IMG/VR virus record: IMGVR_UViG_3300015608_003726
Strand: one strand, 5' to 3'
Source of the DNA: an uncultured virus (IMG/VR IMGVR_UViG_3300015608_003726)
Taxonomy: Duplodnaviria > Heunggongvirae > Uroviricota > Caudoviricetes
Length of the DNA stretch: 64,000 nucleotides
Shown here: positions 10,538 to 22,417 of the stretch, piece by piece
Position numbering within the stretch: position 1 is the first letter of the stretch
How the letters are laid out: the number at the start of each line of letters is the position of its first letter
The notes under the pieces: generated by a model
Databases searched by the model: none
Told to the model about the DNA's origin: nothing
The model's input: the letters and a program-made list of their open reading frames with translations, nothing else
Program-made: the position numbers and the translations under genes

Positions 10538-12031
10538 TTAAACCCTATTATAATTAACAGACAAAATAATTCTATTATTTTGCAGTCCTTTATTAACGCT
10601 ATCTAAAGACCTTTCTATCCAAACATAAAAGGATTGATTAGGCAAGAGATTTCCTTTATTTTCTCTGTTGTTGAAATTTATGCTTAATGCATTTTCAGCA
10701 TAAATTGCATTATAGAAATCAGATACTATAAGACCAGAAGATTCTGCGTTACTTCCATACAAAGGAACATCAAATGGAGATTTTAGTCTCTGAGACGGAT
10801 GAGAATCAATATAATATGTATCATCTTTTTCAATATCGTAAGGAAATTCTTTATCAACTATAATCATTCCAGATTGTTTTGAAAAATCAGATACTATTCT
10901 TGTTTGACCAGAATTCTGACCTGAAACAAACGTTAAAGAACATCCCTTGTAATAGTTGTCATAAAAACTTCCTATCAAACCATTATCTATAAAATACTGT
11001 CTTGATCCTTTTTGAGAAACCCCTTCATAATATTCGCTTATGGGCAATTCAATGGCTATTCTATAATCTGAAAGATCATTTCTACTTTGCATTTTAATAT
11101 ATACATGTACGTCTTTAGCTATTTCTCCATTCGAACTTGTATTTTTGACAGATATACACCTATACTGTTTTCTATCTGAGCTAAACTTGCTGTCGAAAAG
11201 ATTTTCTTTTACATATTTTCTAACAATAGAACCAGAACAATGAAATCTAATTGGCGTATCAAATAAATTTCTATTTTTTATATTACCCTTATTACCTTCC
11301 CATTTTTCTATTTCAATTATTTCGTCATTTACAAAAATATATTGCGATTCAGAAAGAGAATCATCTTCTAATATAATATATTTATCATAAAAAGATAAAT
11401 CTGAATACAAAACGGATTCTGAATATATTTGGTTAGAACTTAAAAATCCTCCTATAGATTGAGAATAATTATTCTGAGCAATAGATGGCTCTATTGATGT
11501 ATAAAACATTTTTATATTTCTATCTAGAAAACTCTCTTTTGCATTTTTCAATAAATTGTTTTTAACAAAGAAATATCCCCATATATTTGTAGAATTTATT
11601 GTAGAAGAATCTGCAAGATCGTCTACGCTGTTAAAATCCCAAGAATTTAATATATTTACAGAAATACCAGGGATTTCAGATATTCTATCGCAAAGAGATT
11701 TAATTGTCTGTCCTACAAAAGGAATTTGTATAACTGGAACAATATCTCCTGCATCAGTATCAAATGCTCCTATGAAAAATCTAACATCTCCAAGTGTAGC
11801 GATTACGCATCTAAGATTATTATATGGACTATATGGATCTATATCAGGATTATAAATGACACGAAAAGCAGATAAAGAAGAATTAAAAGAATCTATCGTA
11901 TCATTACTTAATGGTTGAGACAAAAAAGATACTGATTGATTATTAAAAGAAGACGAATCATATTTTCCAAATGAAGGAACATTATTAGAAGTATTACTCC
12001 CAGTTACTCTACCAGAAGAAAAAGAACTCAT
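10538..12031 (-). CDS. Putative tail/baseplate structural protein (497 aa)
   Basis: Contains DNYYKGCSLTFVSGQNSGQTRIVSDF..DDTYYI, a small beta domain typical of phage tail proteins; tightly coupled to both neighbours. Confidence 0.6.
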   Translation of the reverse strand: MSSFSSGRVTGSNTSNNVPSFGKYDSSSFNNQSVSFLSQPLSNDTIDSFNSSLSAFRVIYNPDIDPYSPYNNLRCVIATLGDVRFFIGAFDTDAGDIVPVIQIPFVGQTIKSLCDRISEIPGISVNILNSWDFNSVDDLADSSTINSTNIWGYFFVKNNLLKNAKESFLDRNIKMFYTSIEPSIAQNNYSQSIGGFLSSNQIYSESVLYSDLSFYDKYIILEDDSLSESQYIFVNDEIIEIEKWEGNKGNIKNRNLFDTPIRFHCSGSIVRKYVKENLFDSKFSSDRKQYRCISVKNTSSNGEIAKDVHVYIKMQSRNDLSDYRIAIELPISEYYEGVSQKGSRQYFIDNGLIGSFYDNYYKGCSLTFVSGQNSGQTRIVSDFSKQSGMIIVDKEFPYDIEKDDTYYIDSHPSQRLKSPFDVPLYGSNAESSGLIVSDFYNAIYAENALSINFNNRENKGNLLPNQSFYVWIERSLDSVNKGLQNNRIILSVNYNRV

Positions 12032-13467
12032 AATGAAACCTCCGTAAAATTATATCCATCATAAATGAAAAAATAATTGCTATGATAAAATGTTATATAC
12101 AATAAAGATGCATCTGAAAATAATGTTTTAATTGGATTATCAAAATCTCTAATTAAAGAAGAAGTCTTTCCATCATAAACATATAAAGATCCATTTGAAG
12201 AACCTATGTATAAGTATGATTTATATTCTTGTATAGAGTTTATTTCAGATTGCTCATCGGTAATACTAAGAGATTCTGTTATTTTATTATTATTACTTAT
12301 TTTATATAACAATCCTGTTGAATCAGAAGTTTGAACAGCTACATACAAAAGATCTTTATATATAGAAATTGAATTAATTTTTTCATTTACCCTAGATACA
12401 AGAGAAGTATTTGGATCTGATTTATATATAGAAGGATATTCACCATTAACCGCTATCCATAGAATGTATTCTCCTTCCAATTTTTGCATAACGATATCTG
12501 ATATAGATTGATTATTTAAATCGAAAAAAGTTCTAAAAATCTGATCTTTTACAGAAGACCTGTTACCTCCAAAATCTTGATATTTTACATTAATAATTTT
12601 TGTTCCATCTTCTTCTGAAAGTTTCCAAAATCTTATTTCTTGTATACTTTCCGGTTCGCCAATATTATCTCCTTCTATAAACTGCAACGCATGAGGAGAA
12701 GTTGTTTCGTCATACGCAAATAGCCTTACAGAAACATCTCTACTTTTTGTAAATTGATTTCCTGAATTTATTTGTACATATGTGTCCGGAGGTATTGTGT
12801 CTATTAGAAAAAAACCTTGATTTATTATTTTTATATCTGAAATATTAACCTCAGAAGACCTATTTCCGTCATCATCTGCCGCATAAACAGTAATAATATA
12901 ATCATCAGAAGGTTCTAACAAATGTATATCCCAAACTATAGGTCCAGTTCCTATTGGTATTCTTTGAGCAATAGGACTTAAAGGAATTCCTAGCTTACTC
13001 GATCTAAAATATATATAATATTTAGATCTTCTACTAGCATTATTGTAAACAGCTTTTTCATCAAATATTATTTTTATACTATCACTGTATTCTCCTCCGT
13101 TAACAGGAGAAATTATAGAAGGCGTATATGGCAAAGATCTCTGTATTGAAAAATTATATGCTGAAATAGAGTAATCGCTTTTCTCCCCCTTATTATTAAC
13201 CGACCTAATAGCAACTCTACACTGTTTGCTTTTTATTAAATTGCCTATCTTCCATTCAAACTTTGTAATTCCAGAAGGAACAATAGCAATCATTTTCCAA
13301 TCAGGCTCTTCAAGATAATCATAATTATCTGTATAATATATTTCATACCAAGAAACAGAGCCATCAGAAACAGGTATAGATTCTTTCCACTCTATAATAA
13401 TATACTTAGCAGAAATTATTTCATTTCCATTAGGATAAATCAGTGTTGGTTGACTTGGTGATGACAT
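12028..13467 (-). CDS. FN3/Ig-like plus beta-propeller virion protein (479 aa)
   Basis: Two FN3-like units (PSQPTLIYPNG..IEWK..YEIYY; PYTPSIISPVNG), a DTIPP..INSG Ig-like unit, and C-terminal propeller blades. Confidence 0.65.
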   Translation of the reverse strand: MSSPSQPTLIYPNGNEIISAKYIIIEWKESIPVSDGSVSWYEIYYTDNYDYLEEPDWKMIAIVPSGITKFEWKIGNLIKSKQCRVAIRSVNNKGEKSDYSISAYNFSIQRSLPYTPSIISPVNGGEYSDSIKIIFDEKAVYNNASRRSKYYIYFRSSKLGIPLSPIAQRIPIGTGPIVWDIHLLEPSDDYIITVYAADDDGNRSSEVNISDIKIINQGFFLIDTIPPDTYVQINSGNQFTKSRDVSVRLFAYDETTSPHALQFIEGDNIGEPESIQEIRFWKLSEEDGTKIINVKYQDFGGNRSSVKDQIFRTFFDLNNQSISDIVMQKLEGEYILWIAVNGEYPSIYKSDPNTSLVSRVNEKINSISIYKDLLYVAVQTSDSTGLLYKISNNNKITESLSITDEQSEINSIQEYKSYLYIGSSNGSLYVYDGKTSSLIRDFDNPIKTLFSDASLLYITFYHSNYFFIYDGYNFTEVSL

Positions 13468-13479
13468 AATACCCCGTTT

Positions 13480-16400
13480 TTACTGAGTTCCAGAAGAAGA
13501 TCCGCTTCCTGAATCATTACTTCCTGAACCATTACTTCCTGAACCATTACTTCCTGAACCATTACTTCCTGAACCATTACTTCCCGAACCATTACTTCCC
13601 GAACCGCTACTTCCNNNNNNNNNNNNNNNNNNNNNNNNNNNNNNNNNNNNNNNNNNNNNNNNNNNNNNNNNNNNNNNNNNNNNNNNNNNNNNNNNNNNNT
13701 ACTTCCCGAACCGCTACTTCCTGATGAGTTACCAAACCATATAGTATTATTATCGTTAAACCTATTACCTTTATAGTAATCGTAATCTCCAAAAGAATCA
13801 AAAATATCACTAGGTTTATATTTTTCTTTGAAAACGGTCATATTGTTATATATTGTTATTTTCTGATCTAAAGATTTGCTATTTAATAATGAAGTTAGTT
13901 GTTCTTGTATATATGAATAATCCTTTTCTTTACACTGACCAGGTATATTTACTTTAATATAAGCAAGCCCATCAGAATTGAAAAGCCCATCATTTCTATT
14001 TACTTCTATGTAACATCTATATACGCCATCAGATACTTTTTCTAAAGGAAGATTATAGTAATCATTAAGTCCTTGCTGCAAAACATCTACGCTAAAATCT
14101 TCTAAATGACTAAACAAAGAAATGTCTTTCATACTAGAAATTCTATTTATTTTATCTTTATCTTCAAATGTTATTTTAATATAAAATCCATTTACATTAG
14201 ACGTTTCTTCTGCTATTGAAATTAAATTTTCCACATTTATATTTGTTTCTGTTTTATTGTTACTAGCAACGCTGAGTCCATTATATAATGGTAATGATTT
14301 AGTAAAATCTGAATCATAATAATAAGAAATAGAATATTTTATATCATTATATAATGCCATAAAATCAAAGCAGAAAGATTCTGTTTTTCCAAAATAGGTA
14401 AGTATTTCACAACACACTCTTTTAAGTCCGTTGCCGGAAGAACATATCCATGGAGCAAAAAACCTCTCATTATCTACAAAATATGCTTTAAAGAAACTTC
14501 TATCATTATTAGATGTTGATGTATCTGAATTTTGATTAGATATGTCAGAATCAATAGGCAACCATTCGCTCCAATTATCGCTATCTTCGTTCTTAAGTCT
14601 GTAAGCATAAGTACCAGGAACTCCTATAACATCAAGTAAAACAAAACAATCGTCTACAACAGATATAGGAGTATTTAAATCCTGATATGTAGAAAACGAT
14701 ATAAAATCTTTATGTATTCTTATCTGCTGATACTGATTAGTATATCTTTCAGGACTAGAACCTACATTATAATAAGAATTAGAAAAGGAATTGTCAGTAA
14801 ACATACACGGATATATTGATTCTCCAAAAACCTCTTCATAAACACAACCAGTCGAACAAGAAGTATAATAAATGCTATTTTTATCATTAAATGTAAAATT
14901 TATATTCTGGAATTGATCAACTAGCATATTGTGATTAAAAAGATTCCTATGAGAATCATCTGTTATTCTTCTGTCAAAAGAAAAATTAGATGACGAATAT
15001 ACAACATCATTTTCAGAATCATATATACAATAAAAATAATCATGTCCTATAGAGTCTGTACTAGAATAATATCTATAGTCTTGCCATGAGAAATAGAACA
15101 AATCATTTTTAGCAGAAACAGTATTCACATTTATGCAATTATTATCAGTTGATGTTATTCTTATATCATCCTTACCCTGTCCGCTACATATCCAATTTGA
15201 CGAAAAATCAAACCTAGAAGGCAAATAAGAAGAAGAACTACTGCAATTGCAGTGGAAAATAACATTATCTGATATTGTCTCAAAATATCCATCAATATAC
15301 GATTCTACTTTCAGATAATACGTTACTCCGCATATTAAATAATCAGAAACAGAATTATTTTTTATATCAATAGAATCTAAAGGAATAATATCCGGATTAA
15401 AAACCAAATTAGCTACATCTCCTGGTTGAACTTCTATGCCTGAATATCCAATAGGAGAATTTGAAGCAACCCATTTTAGAGGAGAATTTAAACTAAAATT
15501 AGACATAACTGCTATTTCTTGAGAAGAATCTGAATATGCAGTAATTCTAAAATGCACATTTTTACTAACTGCGTATTTATTCGTAAAACTTACATCAACC
15601 GAGCATCTTTCAGGTTGTTCGCTAGGACAATAAAAAGAGAAAGAAGTAGTTCCATACAAAGAAGAATTAGAAGATGTTATTATTCTAAAACAAGATGCAT
15701 TATCATTATATGATTTCATGCTAAAAGATAGCGTCATTCTATCATTAGATATATTAATATCAGTAAATGGCTGTTCTGATATATTAGATCTAGAAGAATA
15801 AGGAACGCCTTCTATTGAAAAATACTTATCTGACTCTTCGAGATCTTCTTTTTTCCACAAAATCCCCACAATAGGCTCATTTAATCTTAAAACAACATTT
15901 TCAATAATATATCCTGTCTCTCCTACATCTCCAGAAGGATCAAAATGGACATATATAGAGCTTATACTGTCATTCTCTTTGCATCCGCTTAAATATTTCA
16001 CATCACCAAAAGAAACTTCTATGCTATTATCGTTATAAGTAGATATATCTTCTTCTTCTATGATAGGAATATTTATTTCAGATTTATTTCTATATTCAAC
16101 AACCGCATAAACATAAGAACTTGATTCTGTTATACCGTCATTAAATGATAAAGAAGGAGATTTATCAAGAACAATAATTTTATCGTTATTAGAACTAATT
16201 GGATTTTGTATGTTTTTTGTTTTATATTCAATTTCAACATACAAAACTTTACCTGAAAGATCATCTTCTCCGTTTATTTTATATTCTATATTAACATTAT
16301 CTCTTTTTTGCAATACAATACCGCCGTAACCAAATGGCTCATCATCGACATACCATCCATCTATAGAATCGCTTGTTCTTTTTGTCTTTACAATATTTTT

Positions 16401-19400
16401 CTTAGATGTATCAGAATAAAAATATAAACAAAAATCATATGATCCGTTTTCTGGGGCATCAAAATCAAAAGAAACATTACATCCTATAACTTCTGTTAAA
16501 TATCCATACGAATCATAAGGATTAGATGAATATGGACTTGTATTATCAAAATTTCTAATAGAATTTACGGCTTCATCAACCTTGCATTGATCAATAAAAT
16601 CGCTATCAATATTTTTATTAAAAGCAGAATATATTTGAAAATATCCATCTCTATTATCATGCCATGCTATACACTTTCGCCCTTTTCTATCTATTGATAT
16701 TGAAGGATTTAAACTATTACTTTCTGAATCGGTTATTCTTGTTTCATATCTAAAAGGCAAATATCTATATTCATTTCCGGAATAAAATATATCCCAAAAG
16801 TTATTTCTATTTGACTCCCATGATAAATGAAATTTACCAAAATTATCAATAGAAATATCTACATTTTTATTAACATAAGTAGAAGGCAACGTAACTGGAA
16901 TAGAAGAAATATTATTCGTATTTAATAAACCATAATGTAAATTATATTCATTTTCATCCAAACCATAAACATCATATATATGCGGAGAGAAAAATTCATC
17001 TCTAAATTCTTTTGAATTAACAACGGATACTGAATCTATACATATTGAATACAAAGAAAGACCTGTTACGTTTAAAAATGATATATCTGTCAATTCTTGT
17101 GTCGCATAAAATTCTATTTCTTTAAAAATCCAACGCATTTTCGATTTTACATCTTCATTTATATCATTAACATAAGAATCTGATATATCTAAATCAAAAG
17201 TTTGAGAAAAATCACCAGCTTCAACTTTTATTCTCTTAGTCGGACCATAAACGTCCATAACAGGCACTGCAGCCATAGCAAATTGCAAATAATATCTTTC
17301 TCCTATTGTAGTTTGTACTGACTGAGATATGCCGCTCTTGTTCATGAATGACACAGAATCAATATAAACATATTGAGAAGTACTAATGTCGTATGTTGCT
17401 CTAATTAATATTCTGTTTATATTGGAAAGTACATTAATTATATCTTGTTCTATAGGATCTAGCCATGGAGTGTCTACAAAAGTACCAGTATATGAAGATA
17501 TCTTCCATCCTGCGTTAACATCAATAGGAATAGAATAATTTATCCAGTCATCTGTATCTGGGGTGTCTACATTTATTCCAATTATATCTCCATAAGATGA
17601 TTCTATCATCACATCATAACCTGGAATGCTAGTTACGGAGGTTGGTTTATTGCATTTCATTCTGAAGAATAAAGATCCTCCATACGAAGACGAAGCATCT
17701 CCTACAAACAAAGATGATGCCCAATAATAAACTCCGCTACCAAGATTATACGAATAAATATATCCATCATCAAAAGACGAGTGTCTTGAATGATGTGTTG
17801 TACCGTATGTTCCGGCAGTAGCTCCATAAAGATCTCCATCATGAGGAACAACTATAGACCATCCTTCATCTGAAAATTTAAAATCGCTTCTAAAATTACC
17901 AGCCTCATATTGAAGCCATACGCATCTGTTATTTTTATAAGGCTTAAGTAAACTACCTGAATAATTTATTCCTCCTATAATATCCCAACCCAATATATAC
18001 TGATCATTATCTGTTAAAGAAATATAAGAACCTGGCGATATAGTAGATATCTCAAAATCAGAATTAACAATTAAATTGTTCTGCTCTGTTATATATGGAA
18101 TTACCATCTGTTCAACATTTCTATCTATATCATTAATTTTTATATAAGAATTATTTGGTCTAACAGAATGAGGACCAACACAAACATTATCAAAAATCAT
18201 TGTAGTTTGCATATCTTCAAAAGTATTTGCATTATAAGGAAGAGATTCATTTGTCATGAAACCATCTTTTGAAGGAATTCCAAAACCTATATTAAATCTT
18301 CTGAACTGATCGCTAAAATCAGCAATAAATGAATGACCAAAAGCAGATTTGTCATCAACAAAAACAGATATGTCTCCAAAAAATTGTAATTTATCAGAAT
18401 CTACAAATCTATTTACCTCTTGAGCAGATACAATATACTCTTCATTCGATCTAGTATAATGTACGCATACTTTTACATTATGACTTTCATTGTTTGAGAA
18501 TACAATTTCATTGCCAAACAAACGAACTATGTTATAGTTCTTGCTTTCTAAAGATCCTTGGTATTCGCTTGAAGCAGAAGATATGATAGCGCACATTTTA
18601 TAACGACCTGTATAATATTCTTCTTTGCGTTCATTTTCAAAACCTGAACAGTCATTGTATGACATGCTATTTCTTGTACAATACTCAGAAAACGTTTCTG
18701 TATTATTCGAAATAAATTTAACTTTTTCAGGAACAATTCCTATAACAAAATGCTTCAAGTCCGATTTATGAGCTATATTTAAGTAATTATCATTTGAAAT
18801 ATATTTATTACCAGATACGTCTGAGTAATTTAAAACTGAATTATCTCCATTCAAATACTCGATATTACCATCAAATAAATCGCAAACTTGATCTATTTTA
18901 TAAGAACCAACTAAAGGTATAAAACCTTCATAATATCTGTCTGTTCTTTTTATTGTATATATATTGTTATTATATTTGTATTTATAATTATCAAGAGAAA
19001 CAAAAGAAGACTTCCACTTTTCAAATAATGAATTTATATTAAAATCAGATAGTTCGTCATTTTCTAATCCAGAAAAAGAAATATCAAAAGAAACCTGAAA
19101 ACTCATCTGACTCCAAGATGCGTCAAATTCGTTTCCATTCTCGTCTTTAGATAAATCAAAACAAACCATTGCTTCATCATCTTTTGCGTTTCCAGAAACA
19201 ACAAAAGATTGATAATCCATAATAGAAACTTTTCCATTCGATCCTATCAATCTACACATCTTATCTAAAGATTGTATAGCCGATGGTTCATCTATGGTTA
19301 CTATTGATGATACAGAATTATTTTCGGAATCCTTATCAATACAAGCGACAAAAGACTGATTAGATATGATACTAGAAGAATGTCCTAAAATACCATAATA

Positions 19401-21308
19401 TATTTGACTAGGCCCATTCCTATCGCTCTCCCATGCTATATGTACATTATTGAAATTATCGCAAGTAACTTTTGGATTATGGTTTTCTCCTTCTGACGTT
19501 ATTTGTATCCATTTTCCTGAATCTGCAATATCTGATCCTAATCTAAAAGAATACATAAATAGCTGGTAGATGTCATCAACTATACCCTGAGCAACAACAT
19601 ATACATATATATTACCATCTGAATAGTCTTTTCTAGATGTTATTGAAGGGTTAACTAAAGGTAATGTTCTCTGATATTTATCTAAAATAAAAGGAAGAAC
19701 CATATAGTCTGACAATCCATCAATTGCAGATGTGTTGCTTTCGTCTACTACAACGAAAGATTGACAATAATAATTTTCAAGTATAGTAGGTCCTTTAGAA
19801 TTATTAAGACCATCAGGAACGTCTAGTCTTAGTATATCCGGAGAAGATCTGCCTGTTATCTCGTAAGATCTATGACCCACAGAAGGATTTAAAAAAACAA
19901 CATGAGATCCTACGTCAGAAAGCGATTCAATATCAGCAGCAACTTCTAAAAGCCTATTAGTATTTAATTCTACAGAAGAAATAGTATTTGTTTCTCCTTG
20001 GTCTTCTCTATATACATTAGTTACAACAGAAAAACGTAAATTACTATATATATCTATTCTGTCTTTATATTCTAAAGATTTAATATCGTAAAAAATATTG
20101 TTACTATTTTCATTAATTAATTCAGATATTTTATACAAAATATCGACCTGATCATCTGACTCTACTGTGTATCTTATTTCATATGATATGCCATTTTCTA
20201 ATCTTATTTCTATTCCTACTATATCATCCTTTGTTGGATTTGATATATATATACTATGATAAAAAGAATATGGCCTTATAATTGTTCCGTTTCTAACAGG
20301 ATTACCCCTAACATCAAGAGATGTTTTATTTTTAGATATATATATTCTACTTGCCAAAGAATAAGAACCATTTGAAGTATATTCATTTGACTGAGAAGCA
20401 AAAGCAGAAAGACATGTTCCGTCAGGTAGTATAGTAGAAGAAAGTTTATTATAAATTCTACACTGATCAGATGGATTAACATATGACTTATTTATTTCTG
20501 AACAAAATCCTACGTGAGAATTTTTATAAGAAGAACCAGTATTAAATACTGAAAATTCCCCAACAACAGATCCAGAAAAACAATCCTGATCTTTAGACTC
20601 CAATTTAAGACCAGGCCCTGGGGAAGGATCAAATATAGCGCAAGAAGGAGACTCTAAATCATTCGTAGATTGAAGAACTTTCATTTTTTCAGGTATGATA
20701 TTTATATAAATACCAGAATTATATTTTTTTGAGTAGTTTTCAGATTTTTTAGAAAAAATAATCGGTATTTTTAATAAAGACTGTATTTCATCAGTATTGC
20801 ATATATAATCGCTTTTTATAGAATACGAAGAAAATCCGTTACCATTTGTCTTTACATATATTTCTCTTCCATTTATATCAAAACAAATAGTTTCGTAAGG
20901 AGATGACTCTATATTTAATCTAAAAACATCTCCAAAATCAACAAACGAAGAATCTATAATTATTTTTTCTGTAATTTTATCTTTACTTTTTGGAAACTGA
21001 ACATAAAAAGCAGATATGGAAGATAGAATCCACTTATTTTCTATAAAATCTTCTGTACTTGCATAAATAGATACATCTTTTTCCTTAGAAATACCATTTA
21101 AATAACCTTTAATTAAATTACTATTTTTATTGCAATAAATGTATCCGTCAGAAAATTCAAAATCAGAAACAGATATATTTTCAAAAGAATAACCTTCTGT
21201 TACGTTTTCTATTTTAATCCTTCTATTATAAGAAGAAGAGTCAATATGAAATAAAAACTCTACACTATTTTCTGTTTCGCAATTTTCTATAGTTAATTTA
21301 TTTGCCAC
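13480..21308 (-). CDS. Giant (~2600 aa) multidomain virion/tail-tip protein with DUF642-like, laminin-B-like and propeller domains and a C-terminal (GSNGS)n tail; spans an assembly gap
   Basis: End corrected from the ORF track: past the N-gap the repeat continues as GSSGS(GSNGS)n..GSNDSGSGSSSGTQ-TAA (stop at 13480-13482), followed by the start of the next gene at 13467. Confidence 0.75.
13506..13722. repeat. 15-bp coding tandem repeat (ttcctgaaccattac)n encoding GSNGS, interrupted by 85 Ns (13615-13699)
   Basis: About seven units are visible left of the gap and about 1.5 right of it. A true gap of 8+15k nt (e.g. 83) would restore both repeat phase and reading frame. Confidence 0.9.
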
Positions 21309-22404
21309 TGTAAACTATCTCCAATAAATCATTAAATCTTTTAACGTTTGTTGAATAACTAAAATTATTAGCAACAAAATCACATGCGTATGTCGATTTC
21401 TTTTTTACTTCTTCGTAATTATTAAAAACATATCTCATTGCTTTTGCCGTTTCAGACACAGTAACCCTTGCCCATTTTTTATTTTTAAATTGAGGTATAT
21501 TATCAAGGCAATCATGAATAACAAAACCATTGTGTTTTATAAATGTGCAACTGTTTGTTGAGGCGTAGTCAAGACATCCGCCAAAATCTACAGTAATAAC
21601 AGGAACTCCAACAGCCATACTTTGAAGACCAGGCAACCCAAATCCTTCGCCAAAAGAGGTTGATATAAAGCAATCAGAAGACTTAATAAACGAAGGCATC
21701 ATATCATCTTCTATAACATTATCTTCAATAAAAATAGGGGCTGTATCCTTCTTTTCAAGACCCATATTTCTCTTTATATCAGAAGCAGTAGAACTAGCTT
21801 TTTTAAAACTTCCATGATCCGTATGAATAATAAGTTGAACGTTATCTTTTGAAGAAAATTCTTTAAACCAAGATTCCAAAAGAACCTCATAACCTTTCCT
21901 TTTCCTCCATGTACCAATGAATAAAAAAGTAAATTTATCATATTGTTTAAGAGGAGAAACACTATTATTCCATTCTTTAATATCTATTGTATGAGGAATA
22001 TGAAAGATCGGTTTTTTAATTCCAGCATGAGCAAATATTTTATAATTAAACAGCGATGGACATAAAACTGCATCTAATGTATTTAAATGAGACACCCAGT
22101 GTTCTGGCGGATTATATGTCTCAAAAGTAGCATAAGATAAAGATTTATCATATCTTTTAAATCTTCTTTGTTTTTCAGGAATGCAATGAAATATCTGTAT
22201 CGCTTTCTTATCTATTTCTTTAGAACACATTTTATGAAATAAATCATATTTTTTATCAGAAAAAGATTTTCTAACAGGGCTTCCATGAACACATGTTATA
22301 CGTATATCATACATCCCTGAATCGTGCAGAGATAGTATCATGTCCTGTGCAGCCCTGGAATAACCAGATTCATTTAAATAACAAACATAATCCAATTTTG
22401 TCAT
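21298..22404 (-). CDS. GT-B (GT4-like) glycosyltransferase
   Basis: N-terminal SGYSRAA, FLFIGTWRKRKG, and SFGEGFGLPGLQSMAVGVPVI (the E-x7-E motif reads E-x7-Q). Confidence 0.9.
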   Translation of the reverse strand: MTKLDYVCYLNESGYSRAAQDMILSLHDSGMYDIRITCVHGSPVRKSFSDKKYDLFHKMCSKEIDKKAIQIFHCIPEKQRRFKRYDKSLSYATFETYNPPEHWVSHLNTLDAVLCPSLFNYKIFAHAGIKKPIFHIPHTIDIKEWNNSVSPLKQYDKFTFLFIGTWRKRKGYEVLLESWFKEFSSKDNVQLIIHTDHGSFKKASSTASDIKRNMGLEKKDTAPIFIEDNVIEDDMMPSFIKSSDCFISTSFGEGFGLPGLQSMAVGVPVITVDFGGCLDYASTNSCTFIKHNGFVIHDCLDNIPQFKNKKWARVTVSETAKAMRYVFNNYEEVKKKSTYACDFVANNFSYSTNVKRFNDLLEIVYSGK

Positions 22405-22417
22405 ACAAATTGTATCG

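Noticed and set aside
13440..13614. EVMVQ repeats and the C-terminus ending at 13440 given by the ORF track
   Set aside because: Artefact of the 85-N gap length. The frame matching the pre-gap sequence encodes (GSNGS)n and stops at 13480.
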